A stretch of 57,461 nt of DNA, counting the filler, from Platydemus manokwari (taxonomy: Eukaryota), in the NCBI GenBank assembly GCA_037951405.1. It is 5 parts of 5 records of this genome, joined end to end, with 100 filler letters (N's around TTAATTAATTAA, not from the genome) between each part and the next. Parts side by side here need not be neighbours in the genome. Positions count along the whole stretch, not along the records: positions 1 to 10,977 come from JBBMOY011003303.1; positions 11,078 to 20,650 come from JBBMOY011230654.1; 3 more parts are not named here. One strand, written 5' to 3'. Within the stretch, counting starts at the first letter, position 1. Each line of letters starts with the position of its first letter. Both the position numbers and the translations under genes were made by a program. The notes under the pieces are model-generated. The model was not told where the DNA came from and ran no database searches. It worked only from the letters and a program-made list of their open reading frames with translations. Shown here piece after piece: positions 1-13,600 of this stretch.

Positions 1-1749
1 GATGGACTGTACTTCGAGGAATAATATGTTCAGCGTTATAACAATTTGTGTTAATAAAATACCTGCATAAAAACATGGATAACTTTTGACTCAACCTGGT
101 ATATATATATATATATATGTATATGGAAATTAATTTGAACGTCTGCCGAAAATTACATTAATCCACATTTGTCGGAAGAGAATAGAAAATTACCATTGCA
201 ATCATATTTACATAATTTGTTCGATTATCATATTTCCTCGTACTGGCTAAGTGAAATTTCCTCTTCAATGTTAGCTTGCGTTGGAAACAGAGCAAACTGA
301 CGACAGAAAATGTGAACAAAAATCAATTGGATGTTGAATAAATTTATTGATAAAATATTTCATATCATAATTTTGAATTTTCTATTAATTTAAACAAATT
401 AATGTAAAATAATTATAAAAAATCAGCTCCGAAACATTATTTTATTAATTATTGTTTAAATTCTTTCCTCTCTTCTTTGCCGTATTTTCGAAACCAGTAC
501 ATTTTTCTAATACAAACCATCAAAACCATTCAATATTCAAAAAATTTTTTTAAAAATTATTTTCAAAAATTAAAAATAATCCGTTACTACTTAAAAATAT
601 TCATCAGCATTATGTAAGTAGGCAAAAATATTGAAATTCGAACCTAATAATTAAAACAAGAACTTCTTTAATTGATTGATTATATCTTGTATTTTTCCCA
701 GAAATATGTTTTGTGACGATTTAAATGAAGATCATTTTATTTGACGATAAGAATTAATTAATTGAATCCAGAGAAACATCAATTCACTGTTGTAAGACGT
801 TTTCGACTGTTATATTATGATTATAAGAAGGTATTTCTATGAAAATACTTCCGCGATAAAATAGCATTGATAGTAATGATATTTTCATGATATTAAACCC
901 TAATAAGTGCTTATTGTTTCGTTTATTGAAAGACTAAATAGAATCCAATATTGTATTCGAAGATCCGATCGTGTTATATTTATCAGGTAGTGACCTGCAT
1001 CACATGACAGTAGAATTAGAGTCATTAAACGACCGAAATCGAATAGAAATTCAAACCTTCTTTTAAATGAAAATATATTCTTCAGTAATTGTTATGACGG
1101 GAAGCTAATGGAGATTACGACATCAATGAACACATATATTATCTCATTAATAATATGTTGACCAGCATATAGAACAATATATAACATAATTATATTCGAA
1201 ATTTATTTAAAAAAATACTAAAAATGTATGGTTTATCAAAATGGGATTTTTTTTAATTTGGAATTATCCGTAAAACGGCAACAAATCGTAAATATTGATT
1301 TTAATCCATTTAGCCATTGGATCACATTGATTTTTTATGAAAGCCATTACATAGTATTCAATTCCGTGAAAGTTAATTTACAAATGATAGAGATACATAT
1401 CTAAATATGTTGATATATGAGATGTTTTTCTAATACCAAACAATCCAGTGAGTCTGAGTGAATTTGATGGTTAAAAGATTAAGAGATCTGTTAGGTTTCC
1501 AGATGCACTCATTTTTATTATCACTATTATATATATCTCAGCTTTACAATTGTCAAAAATCATTATATATAGTGGTCGATTTTTGAAATCAACTCTTTCC
1601 TCACTACTGCTGAGTGTGGATACATTTCTCACGACAAAGGCAGAACCACTTTTATGATATTTTACACACAATCTTACCAAATTAGTCATACACGCATGAA
1701 AAACAAATAAACGTGAGACTACAAAGAACATGACTACCTAACAACACAT

Positions 1750-2680
1750 ACACAGGAATTGACTAATCCCATCCATGACTATTCGATAGGCCCTACTTAA
1801 ACTGTGGAAAATAAGTATCGAATATAACTTAACTATGTAAAATACATAGAAACTCTGAGCATAAATGACGAATAATTAGTTTTATTAGCTTTCTTGTTGT
1901 GGATTTTGAAGTCTGAGTTGTCAGTAGCACCTGATTTGAAAAAATAAAAGCTGCAACCACTAACATAGTTTTGACATTATCCAATACTGACTAGATTCAG
2001 CCTTTAGAATCACTTATCCTGTAGTTAGATCTGTGAACCGTTCTATCCTGCTTGCTCGGGAATATTTTATCCAAATAAATTTGACTTCCCGCTTAAATTG
2101 AGAGGGCATAATTACTACTGTAAACGTTTTGATGATCTGATAATTGAAAAAATACCAATTCCATAGAAAGTTTGCTTTTAAATCAAAAGTATTGGATAAT
2201 ATCAGCCGTCCAGTAGATTTGATTCCTCCATAACTTTACTACAATCAGCTAACACTTGTTCCTTTGTCCTTAAAATTGAATTTTAGTACACCATTTAGAA
2301 GTATTATAATCATTTGAAGGAGCACTGGCTTCAAGGACATTTCTGGTACTCAAAGAATCAACCAGTTGCTAATCATTAATATTTTCATGCCCTAGTTTGA
2401 ATCAATAGGATATCAAGTACATTTTAAAACATTACTCTCAACTTTGCAGAAGACTCATTGTTTTAATTAGCTAATTACGATTGTATATGAATGTCTATAA
2501 TTAGTTAATGTTCTGTTTATTAATATTGATCTTGTTATTAATATAATGACGGGTTAAACAATGGGATTTCAAGATGTCAAAGATTCATTGTTGGTTGGAA
2601 AAGATGTTTTGTCTAGATTCGAATTATAATTTATGCAAATATTTCGTCAAATGTTAGGCGCGCATTGTCAAATCAATACC
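1750..2680 (-). mobile_element. Decayed non-LTR retrotransposon (LINE) reverse-transcriptase remnant
   Basis: Frameshifted motifs: LSNQQ*IF...KSHCLT (cf. LSDNQHGF...SCLT) and VPEMSLKPVLL (cf. GVPQGSVLGPVLF). Confidence 0.4.
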
Positions 2681-3399
2681 AATAATTTCATTAGTAGATC
2701 ATTTATAGCGGTTGTCATAATGATAATAATGGTTGTTCATTACAATAGCTTTCTCAATACAACGCCAGTAAAGAAACCATATTTCATTTTTGTGAGAAAA
2801 AATAATGAATAGTATTGACGGAAAAAATTTGATCGAATTGAAGCCATTTTTCCTTTCAAATTATGGTAGGAACACGAAATAAATGCATCTGCATATCTCA
2901 GTTAAAATTTATCTGCTCTTATCTTTATTGCATGAATTTGGCAATAATAGTTAATGTGTGACTCAAAAGGAAGTGTGTACAACTGTAATTGTTGGAAAAT
3001 TTAAAATTAAACATTTGAGATACGAAAGGCTTTAACTTCATACAAACCGGAGGGGGGTATTTGAATCCTTAATAAATTGATTAATAAATTGTTAGATCTC
3101 GCATTCGTGCTCATTTGTTTTGTTTCACTATCGGTTTTCACTTGGTTGCTGGTACTTGTTTTGATTGTATTTTGGTTTTCGATTAATCCAACCAATACTT
3201 CGATATTATAGCCTTGCAAAAGATATCAATTGAGTTTATTCAGATTATAAGATAAATTCAATAAATGTATTGATTTAATAAAGAATATTTATCTACAGTT
3301 AATTAACTATAATATCTTTTTAAATCAAGATTTAGCTATAAATAAACTAGCATACTGATATTATGAAATAATACCAGCAGCCTGATAGATTCGATTTCG

Positions 3400-4420
3400 C
3401 TGAAAAATTACTCAAATCAACTAACACATACCATATGGATTTTAAAATTGAATCTTAGTACACCTATCAGGAGGATCGTACACGAAATAAAATTTACTTT
3501 GGATAGATTAATTTAAGTATCTATTTGAAATCGATAATCGATAATGCCGCAGTAGAATTATGGTTAATCTGAAAAAAGATTGTTATTATGATAAAATGAG
3601 TTATTATATTTGATTATTCCCATTAAATAATCTTGTAAAAGGGAAGGTTTTTTAAAGAAGTTTTAGAGTGTACCTTACTATTTATAGCCATTTTCTGTGT
3701 TCAATTCCTTCTAATTCCTTTAAATGATGTATTTATTTCTCTGTCAGTTTATACAAGTGTCTCGTCTATCAATAGCCTTAATATTTGAAGCATTTATTTT
3801 TTATAATTATCTCTTCCTAACATTGATAAGCTGAATTGGATAAAAGGTCAAAAATATAGAAAGTTTTAGGATAGACAATATTAAATGAGATAATTTTACT
3901 TAACGAAAATTATAATGGAAATAATAGTCACATTTTTGTTGGAAACAACCTGACCCTGTCCAAATAATAATTTTATGAAATGGAAAGCGTTGCATGCTTG
4001 TAGCTTAACAATAATAATTTTTATGACCTCAATCATTATATATGACGCAGACGTTCCAATATCTTGGATATAACCAAATTTGGCTATCATAATATTTCCT
4101 AGTTCAACATGTGAGTATGTCTTATTGAATTGCTTCTTGAAAATTAATGAAAATATTGTCGTACACAAGGTGAACATAGAAATATTATGTTTCATTTCAA
4201 AATAATCGATAATGTTTTTCATTTGAAGAGATATCTAAGCATTGTTAACAATGAGAGATTCCAATGTTGTCCGTGAAATAAATACCCATTTTGAAAACTA
4301 GAATCTCCTTGATAGTACTTCAAATAATGACAAAGTGTGTTTTTTTGTAAATAAATTGGATTTCTGGGAACAAGAGACACTGACAAACGTAACTGTGAAA
4401 TCCAAATTTTAGCCAATCAA
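3400..4420 (-). mobile_element. Decayed LINE reverse-transcriptase remnant
   Basis: ORF-track fragments contain WNLSLLTMLRYLF (cf. YRPISLLS.LSKIF), KNIIDYFE and LIFKKQFNKTYSH (cf. LDFKKAFDKVSH), followed by LIDET (cf. LFADDT). Confidence 0.55.
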
Positions 4421-5143
4421 CAGGAAATGCGTGTTTTGTTTGTTGTTTTTTGTTAGAATTATAAAATTATTATAAAGAACAATTTAAGGCAAATTATAAA
4501 TAAATTTAAAATATTTTTATAGTTTTTTTTGGTTATTTTTAGTTATTGATGATAAAAAATTTGTTTGAATATTGTGAGAAAATTTATTTTGATTTGAAAA
4601 TATGTTAACTCTATTAAAAACATTTAAGAAATACCGGCAACTAACAAACATATTTTAAAATCATAATTTAAATAATAAAAGTTTATGAGCAATATAAAGC
4701 TAATCGATTTATTTTAAGTGTCACCTTACTAGTAGATATTAAATACCGATGGATGAATAAAGACTTTTTGACAACACTCATAACAAATACTTGTAAAAGT
4801 TAGAATAGCTTTGAAAGAATATTTTTAAAAGATTCAAATCATTTGAGCTTTATACTGGAATCTTGGACATCACAGAATGATAGAATCTTAAAAGGTTAAA
4901 TGAAGTAGAGATAGAATACATAAGGGCTAATATAAAGACAGCTATTAAGAATGACAATACCAATAAAGTTACTCGATCTTCAAAGGTAACTTGGAGGAGG
5001 AAAAGGAAATACCGTGTATTAATATAAATGAAAAATAAGACACTCTGGTCAATCTCTGGTTCATATGAAGTAAAAGTCTGAAAATAACAAAAGGGTCTTT
5101 AAGGAAATAGACATAGAAGAAAATCAGCAATGCTCAGAACCCG

Positions 5144-5468
5144 TGTTATCAGACCCGGCACAATAATCCGATCACTGTTGATGTCAGCTACTTGGATTTC
5201 TATTATTTTTGTTCTTTTATTTGATTTTAATCTTTATTTTCGACTAATGTGCGAATTAGCTCCGAGTGAGATTGAAGTCAATTAATTAATTTATTATCAC
5301 AATGAGAATCATCATGAAATTATTCTCAAGCTTTTTATCAATTAAATAGTTTAAACTTTATTGTGAAGTTTAAAAATATTTCAAACACCATTTTGATGTA
5401 GTTGACAATGTCCTGAGTTAGAATCGCATCTGACGCTTTGGACTGCCTAGCTTTACCGGGTCTTCATA
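5144..5468. mobile_element. Possible solo LTR or MITE bounded by short inverted repeats
   Basis: Termini TGTTATCAGACCCGG...CCGGGTCTTCATA; GC-richer than the flanks; no target-site duplication visible. Confidence 0.3.
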
Positions 5469-5759
5469 TTTTCAGTAAGTTCTCTATTCATATAGTTTTC
5501 TTTTCTATCAAATGGGGCCTTAAGATCTGCAAGGAACTTATGTTATTTCATGTTTTTACTATCTGAAGTTCGGATTATTAAGTCAAGACATAAAGAAGTC
5601 TTCATTTCAGTTGTCGTGAGGTCTGTATCCAAGTTATATCCTAAAATAGTGGGTTCACAACAAGGGTTCACACCAAAGCATTCCAGAGGTTTCACAATTT
5701 CTAAATTAGAGCAACCAACAAATAAACAACTTGTTAAATTCAATTTCGAAAATCTATTT

Positions 5760-5789
5760 TATTATTATTATTTCATTATTATTATTATT

Positions 5790-5821
<32 letters not shown>

Positions 5822-5860
5822 TAATTCCTATTTTTTATATTATTTTATTATTATTTATTG
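5760..5860. repeat. Imperfect (ATT)n microsatellite
   Basis: Direct observation; it explains the spurious I/L/Y-rich ORF 5550..5885. Confidence 0.85.
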
Positions 5861-7410
5861 TTTAAATGTACTAAATTTAACATGATTTAACTGGCTACAT
5901 TTAACTGTCCTACCACTATTATGTTTTCTTTTATTTATTTGGATTGCTGGTTCAAAATGAATATCCTGCAATTGTCCAGCAACGTCATATTTGTGTAAAT
6001 TTTGATTTTCAGCTCTGATAACCCTCAAACACAAGAAACGAGCACAATTGCCGTCTGTGCAAGATGAACTTTGTGTGTGTCTGTCAAAAACACGACCGAA
6101 TCTTAAAGAGTTGTGCAAGAAACACCAAGTTCACATTTCCAACTAAGTTTTTGATAAGAATAAATTTAGTCCATTCAATCATGTACAATTTTGTTTTCAT
6201 TTCATAAACAAACCTGTACAATACTCTGAACATGAATACTTTTATTTCATTTTTAAAAGTAAATGCTGTTTTCTGCATAAAACAATTAAATTATTGGACG
6301 GGGGTTTCTCGAATCAGAGTAATGTTTCGCTGGGATTCCTCTCCAGCATTGCATTGAGTTAAGGTTGCCCAATAAGAGTTACCAATGCAGTTCCACCTTG
6401 ACGGCAATTCAAATCTTTGCCCTGATGAATGAAACAAAATTACAGAACTGATCAATGTTTAAAAAAATGTCAGATTTTTCAATCAACATCGACTCATTTC
6501 TGTTACATTCATCTCTTTTATTATATTCCAAAAAAGCTAATTCTCATTTCAACCTATATTTTATGTAATGAAAAAATAATTCATCGAAAGTTTTTATCAA
6601 TAATTTACAGATTTTTTTTCCTTTTCTCAATAAATTGCTTAATAAATCTAAATGTTTCCCTTTAATGTATCGAAAACTGAAAAACATTTACATATTAGAT
6701 ATTGGTTTTCCTAATTATATGGCAGATAATCCTTGGGGTGTTCATACTTTTATTTAAATTATTTCGATATATTGGAGGACAATGTTTTGTGATATGTAAT
6801 TACCATTTTCTTGCCAGCCTAATTATCTAATTGGTTTCGGGCTTTGACATGTTTCAATAGTTGGAGTAATCGATCAATCTTTACCACTGGCGGTTTACTT
6901 GCGGTCTTGTTTCGGTTTGGGAAAGAGTAGGAAAGTTAATTTTGAAGCATCGTTTTCAAAACCAAAATAATTGTATTTTCAATCCAGCCATATTTTTGTT
7001 ATGGCTGATGTGACGATTTGAAAATGGTGATGATGATTTTGGAAAATGAATGTGAAAAAAATTTATAATCACATTTTATTGATTTAAATTATTGTAGTAA
7101 AAGATAATTTTGTATCGTGAATTTTCAAGTTATATTCAATTGAGTGCTTTATATAATAATAGTGATTTACATCTGATATATACAGATAGATTTTGTTCTA
7201 GAATTGAGTCTGTAAAAGATATTTGAATACCAATTAAATAATTATTTATTTATAGCGTTTCGTTGTTTATGATAAGGACAGGTCGAAAATATAATAATCT
7301 GCCGCTCAATTGTAACCAAAGCTCATTACACTGGCTTCGTGTATAAATTTCATGGTGGACACCTGTTATAATTGTATTTTGGTTTTATATTACCATATCT
7401 TTGACAGTGT
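5860..7410 (-). mobile_element. Decayed Mutator-like (MULE/SWIM) transposase remnant
   Basis: On the minus strand, in order: CQRYG-type N-terminal motif (about 7400), RIICHII (cf. C.FH), RWNCIG...QCNAGEE (cf. WN...TNNA.E) and SWIM-like SSCTDGNCARFLCLRV. Confidence 0.4.
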
Positions 7411-8749
7411 TCTTTGTAATATTGTTGAAACAATACAACAAACAAGACTAAATAAATAAAATCAAATTAGATTGGATGAAAAATACACAAAAATATAATA
7501 TAAGGAAATAATAAATCATCCAAAAATAATACAAAAAAACTTTAAATAATCGATTTGAATATCTTTGACTGGATATAATTTGTGGGTTGAACTTCTTAAT
7601 TCTTATTTGAAAAAAAATAGATAGAGTATACTTTGACTCAGATACTTTTCATGATAAATCGAATACATAAAGGCAATTATGATTCCTAAGATCTATCGAA
7701 TGCACATGCAATGAAATTTCTAAAATCATTATTAACAAAAACTATAATCAGATAATCGAAAATCGTGACCCAGTTTCGATATGAACTTTAATTTGATTTG
7801 AATTCAAAGCTGCTTTATTAGATTGTAAGCAGAATTTATAATCCTAATTTAAGCTTCAAAATTATGATAAGTGCAAAGATGGGTCTGACTACTTATTGAT
7901 AAATGTGAATATCTGTTTTGCAGTGTCAAGATTGATGTCATAAAAATTCAAATCAGCCCGCGATATGTTATCACTATTGAAAAAAATTTCGTTGTAAAAT
8001 GCCTAATAATTCTTCAATAAGTACATCGATACTGCTTAATTTAATTATGAAATGGATGGGGAGAGGGGTCAATGCCCCCATAAATTATGATCTCGATTCT
8101 ATATTTAGTCGAAATTAATCATTGTCCTATTTTGTGGATTCTGTGTCTGCTTTTGATTTATTGATTTTTTTTGTTTTGGTGTTATCTGAATAATAATTCA
8201 TTTGAAAATTAAATTTTTTTGTCTCGAATTACCATTTCTTTTAATATATTGAATTTCATTAAATTATTAGCTGCAATACAACAGCAAGCTACAATAATCA
8301 TCATTTGAAAAATGGAGTGAAATATGATTTGGAAAATATACATATAGAACTTATATTTTTATTCGAGACAAAATCATGAGTGGTAATCGGGGTTTTTTAT
8401 CGATCAATGGAAATAAAATCAACCATTTCAGATGGGCAACTTCTGAAAACATTTATCATTATAGAACGAGAATTAATATTTTAAAAAATATCTTTAATTG
8501 GTGAAGATAACCTGATCATTGCGATATTTAAAAATTTTAACGTTTAAAGTTTCTACCGAAGTCTTGCACTCTAATATAGTTGACTTGATAATTAACTTTT
8601 TATATCTACTCTTAGGTTATCAAAGTTTTGGAGAATCGAATTATCCAAATTGTTATTAACCAACTTAAGAATGTCAACCCACAAAAGTATATTTAATTTA
8701 AAATGTCTAAAATGATTTGTAAAAGCTCTGACATTCTTTTGTTCAATCT

Positions 8750-9400
8750 TTGATTTTCTTCCCACCGTTTACTATTGAATTATCTATTTTTCCCACGATT
8801 CTATATCAAATTCGATTTATGAATCTACATTCTATTGATCTATATTATGTTTATATTTTCAATGTCTTTTAACTTATCTAGGACCTCCACCTTCCATTTA
8901 TCTTATCAACTATATGCATCTTGATCTATTCCTTATCTTTTACTTACTTTATTTCTTCCATATTCTTTATATCTTCTACCTTCTCTATTTATTATTTACT
9001 TTTCTGGCATTGAACATCCCAGAATCGAATCAAAGTCTATGAAATTTAAATTCGAATAATTTCATGAACATATGTACGTCCAAAAATTCCTCCATCTAAC
9101 TCGACTAAGAATCTCAAAGCTCAATATAGTGAGTAGATATTTATTTCTTAAAATGCCTTTACATTTAACATTTCTCTCCGAATTGACATCAACATCTTAA
9201 TACGCCATTGACATGCTTCAATAAATAACCGTGAACTATTATGAACAAATGATATTACATGAATTTAACCCACCAATACCACACACCCAATGTCTCCAAA
9301 TTCCACCGTAAACCCATAAATGACATCACAGTTCTTGTTTCCATATCAAATACACGGTTGAAGTGATAAAAAAATCTATCTGTCAATAAAATCAATTGAA
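8750..9400 (-). mobile_element. Possible L1/Tx1-like LINE C-terminal remnant
   Basis: YLIWKQ...GIGGLN resembles the post-RT FIW...GGLG block; purine-rich minus strand. Confidence 0.25.
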
Positions 9401-9749
9401 AATTTCTTGTGAGAATAAATTTCAATATAAATCATTGGTTTCGCTTTGAGGACAGTCGGATTTCAAAAATATCTAAAAGTGAATTAATTAATTTATAAGA
9501 ATTTTTAAACACAAAAAAAAATTCCCATCAATCTTATGCAGAAATTTGTTTCACTCTGAGATGAATTTTAATTTGTTTAATCAATATGATATTTGTTGTT
9601 TTACTTTCTGTTGCACTTCATTACTTTTCGTTTATTTCGATTCTTTTTTCAGAGATTTCTTTATGTTTTTATTGATGAAACCATTGGGTTTTTTTCGTTT
9701 AGAATTAAAAATCAAATTAAACATTTAATTAACGAAGCGGAATTGAAGC

Positions 9750-10500
9750 AGAAATTAAAATTTTTATTCAAAAATCATTTACAACCTCATCGAAGTGCTT
9801 TTTTCAGTGATTGGAGTCGAATTTTGTTGGTGAAAATAAAAAATACTTGAGATAAATAAATTTATTTGTTGTGTTGACACATTTCTTCCATTAAAATTAA
9901 TGAAAATAAATATTGTTCTGTTTGTATATCATTCACGACATTGGAATGATTTGTTTAAATTGATATAAATTTTGCAATAAAAATCTAAATCGATGGAAAT
10001 ATTACCGATAAAATCAATATATTCAAATTTACGTCCCCTTCGTTCCACTCATCGACTTTCTAAAATGATCTTTTTCGGAATGAAGGTCGGTTGAAATGAT
10101 TTATCGAAGAAGACCCGAATGGAAATATTAGTAATCTCTAATCGACCAAATTGAAATCTTGAATTTTATCGTTAAAATATCGTTTACAACATAATAATTA
10201 TCAATAGTAATCTCGAAAATCCTAATCACAAAAATGTCCAATCTAGTAAATTGAGACAGAAAACCTGTGAAGGTAACGGCTGTACTTATTTTAATTTTCA
10301 TTTTTATTGTGTGACTGAGAGAAGATATTTGGGTTCTTTTATTAAAGTGAAGGCTTGAATAGTGTCGTTTATGTGCCATTTGAGGTGCGAACTGAATGCC
10401 GTCTGTGTGTTGCTTATCTTCTTCAATGAAATAGATTAATTTGCCGATCTTTGATTGGTTCTTTAGATGTCTTACATTCCTGTGTGTACCATATTGACAA
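9750..10500 (-). mobile_element. Decayed IS630/Tc1-family transposase
   Basis: RVFFDKSF (cf. IFIDE.GF), RRGRKFEYIDFIGNISID (cf. RGKN.SLIGAIS.DG) and FLFSP...PITEK (cf. FLPPYSP.LNPIE), in the correct order. Confidence 0.55.
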
Positions 10501-10903
10501 AGCGGTTTTAATTATTGTGATGATCTAGTTTTCAAAATTAGTTATGCTCAGCACTCAATTATTCCAATTTTCACAATGTTGATAGAAATATATTTTACAA
10601 AACATCTCATTGATTATAATAGGTTAATTAATAATTAGGTTTATTTTTTTATGAATTATAATTATATTATTATTATTATTAATATTCGTGTATAATATAA
10701 AATATTACAATCATCTTTACGACGTCAACACGCACAAACAACCGTTGCACGTCGACTAGTCACCGGGAAGAGTTCTTTCTTTTCCGTTGATTTTTAAATG
10801 TAGAACGGAAAATTAAATTAATTTGATTTGGTTTCCATAGTTTCGATTATTTTCAAAAATATACTTTATTATTAATATCAAAGAGTTTTTCAAAAAAATA
10901 TTT

Positions 10904-10924
10904 AATAATAATAATAATAATAAC

Positions 10925-10977
<53 letters not shown>
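10904..10977. repeat. (AAT)n microsatellite at a contig end
   Basis: Direct observation. Confidence 0.95.
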
Positions 10978-11077
10978 NNNNNNNNNNNNNNNNNNNNNNN
11001 NNNNNNNNNNNNNNNNNNNNNTTAATTAATTAANNNNNNNNNNNNNNNNNNNNNNNNNNNNNNNNNNNNNNNNNNNN
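10978..11077. other. Artificial contig spacer N44-TTAATTAATTAA-N44
   Basis: Identical 100-nt construct with a six-frame stop linker; occurs four times in the window. Confidence 0.97.
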
Positions 11078-11586
11078 TCAAGAATTGTTCATTATATGTT
11101 TTGAAATTTGTTTATCATGGCTTAAGGATATAACTTCTTATTATATTATGGTAATAATATAAAATTATAATAATAATGAAAATTAAATTCTAGTTATTAT
11201 AATGACTTACTGAAAGTGATAAATTATTGTTCAGCACTTTATTGCTCACGAAAAACTCTAAAAGTATTTAGTTTTATTCGTAGAGTTGGAGATGTTAACC
11301 GTCCATTAATCTTGAAGTTGTTAAGAATACGCTTCTGTGTAACTTTTTATTAAGTGTTTATTGTATTGTTAAAATCATTGTAATATCTTCTTACATTAAT
11401 AAATATTTAGTTTAATCATATCTGCCACTAATTGAGGATTTATAAAAGATAAAGATAAAATGGGTGTTAAGACTGATAACAATAAAAATAGTTCCTGATA
11501 ATTGTTGCCAATCATCCTATCTTCACATTGTATTGATTGCGTGGTGAATAAAAATAGTTTCAAGGTCTATAGATTGTACCTTGAGC

Positions 11587-11690
11587 TTGATTAGGACTCA
11601 TAGGGACTGATCAAGACAACATTGATTCACAAAAAATTCAGTATTACTTTAAGAATGATTAATAGAACCAAATATTACAAGCCCGAAGCA
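11587..11690 (+). repeat. Dispersed repeat with stem-loop, copy 1 (probable LINE/SINE 3' end)
   Basis: ACTCATAGGGACTGATCAAGACA (11596-11618) matches 20824-20846 at 22 of 23 nt; both copies share a downstream GCCCGAA. Confidence 0.65.
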
Positions 11691-13289
11691 CATAATATGA
11701 AAATATGAGATGTAGAAGGTTCTTTATTTGATAGTTGCATGAATCACAAGCTCGCTAGTTCAATCATGCAATTAATTCAACGCTTCCATCATTTTTGTTT
11801 CCGCCTACCAGTCACTGTTTCCTGGGATATCTTCTTCCCTTTTTATAGAATTTCTTTGTTTTATTATTTTATTTTTTTAAACCTTTTTTTACTAATATTT
11901 ATTTATAATAGTTTTTATTAATTATTATTTTATTTTAATATCTATTTATTTTCTGACTTATTGTATTAAAACTTTTATTGATTTATTTTACCAAAAATCT
12001 ATTATTAATTAATGTTTATTTTTATTTTTATTTATTGGGCTTTTCACATTAAAAATTATGCAAAAATTATCCTAGCAATATAAGAAAAGTTTATTTTTCT
12101 TTAATTCCAAATTAGTTACTACCAAAGCAGAATTTAGTTTTTATCATCTCTAATAATTTCCTTAAACATTTTTATATATATAACCTACTGTGGGATGATA
12201 AAGGTAATCTATTTTGTTATTAAAACAATGCAAAAGTCTGACATCCATTTTATTAACTGCTTTCATTGCATATTTTCTTTAAATATAACCATTTGAAATT
12301 TATTGTTTTAATTTATTGTTTTTAATTTATTGTTTTTTTTAGTCTTACTTAAATCGTGAGTGTCTCTTTCATTAGAAGTTCGCTCATTACTGTTTCTGTT
12401 CTTTTTATTTTTTTTATTTAATTTTTTAAATATATTTTCCTTACATATTGAAGTTTTATCTTATAGAATTCTATTTATTTTAATAAATATTAATGAACAT
12501 ACTCAACCTACAATTTATTCGTTATTAATAGTTTTCCGATGCTGCATATGCTATTTCCATATTCACAATGAGTCTGTATTGTCATTTTATTTGAGTTAAA
12601 CATTACTTAATATACCCGCAACTCGATTATACATTGCCTACTTACAACTAACATTTTTATTTTCTTTCGTCAAACTACATATTTTTCATTCTAAAATGTT
12701 TGGCATTTGTCTATTGCTTCTTCTTTTGAATACTTATAGATGTTCTCATTTAGCTATTCGATATACTACTCCTGTGAAGACTGATTTAAAATCTCTTTGG
12801 TTATGTGCAATGACAATACAATTAATAATTTTAAAAATAATGATTTCGCATGTTTCCTTAGATTTATGAATTTAGAATCGCAAAATTACTGTCGACTCTT
12901 TTGTAAATCATTAATATTAATATTGTGTTCTGGAATGTGATGTTTGACGATAAATATTTATGACACAAATTTGTTTATGTTTATTAATGATAAATTCTAG
13001 TTGATTATTCACTGACAATATACTTATTGTGATTCGAATATTCAAATGATTTAATCATATTTTGGAATCTGTTATTTATTTTGTAAATTTTATTAGTTTA
13101 GGTTTTTAAAAAGTCCAAATTTCTTGAATCTAAAATTTTAAGCGCGGATTGGTCAACCAATCAAACTTATTATCGACATCTAATTAAGAAAATTATTTTT
13201 TAAATTACCTACTATAAATCATGTCAATAATTTTATCGTTTCCTTTTCCTTAATTAGTCAGTCGATTATCACAAAAACAACTAAAATAT

Positions 13290-13600
13290 TAACCGGAACC
13301 ATGGAAATAGACTTATAACGTTGATAGATACAAATTTGACAAATTAGTGCCAATAACTAATTAAACTCCTTCTATATATCTATATTTAGAACTCAGTGAT
13401 CATAGTCGCATATCAACAACGGGGATCAAACATCGAAATTTGCCAATGGCATAAAATATGAGAGTTGTGATAGGCTCTATCCAATGAAAAGTGAAGTCCT
13501 GAAACAACAAGTGAATAAGCACGATAAGCATTAAAAAGGAGTAGATTTCACAAGCATATGCCAGTCTTTTAGTTGATAACTTATATTCTATGCGACTTCT
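13290..13600 (+). mobile_element. Possible retroviral-type (rve) integrase remnant
   Basis: HGNRLITLIDT (cf. GNKYIL.IID) and NNGDQTSKFANGIKY (cf. SDNG.EF...NGI.H). Confidence 0.3.

Noticed and set aside
6422-6435. CTGATGAATGAAAC resembling a hammerhead ribozyme core
   Set aside because: There is no stem II and no flanking stems I or III; it lies antisense within a MULE remnant.
9070-9110. VELDGGIFG on the minus strand resembling Merlin VEIDES.FG
   Set aside because: Isolated motif without the downstream Merlin blocks; the context fits a LINE remnant at least as well.
11022-11033. TTAATTAATTAA as a biological repeat or CRISPR-like element
   Set aside because: It is always centred in exactly 44+44 Ns, so it is an assembly linker.
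5550-12599. Hydrophobic F/I/L-rich ORFs (5550, 9546, 11739, 12360) as membrane proteins
   Set aside because: Products of T-rich low-complexity DNA and microsatellites.
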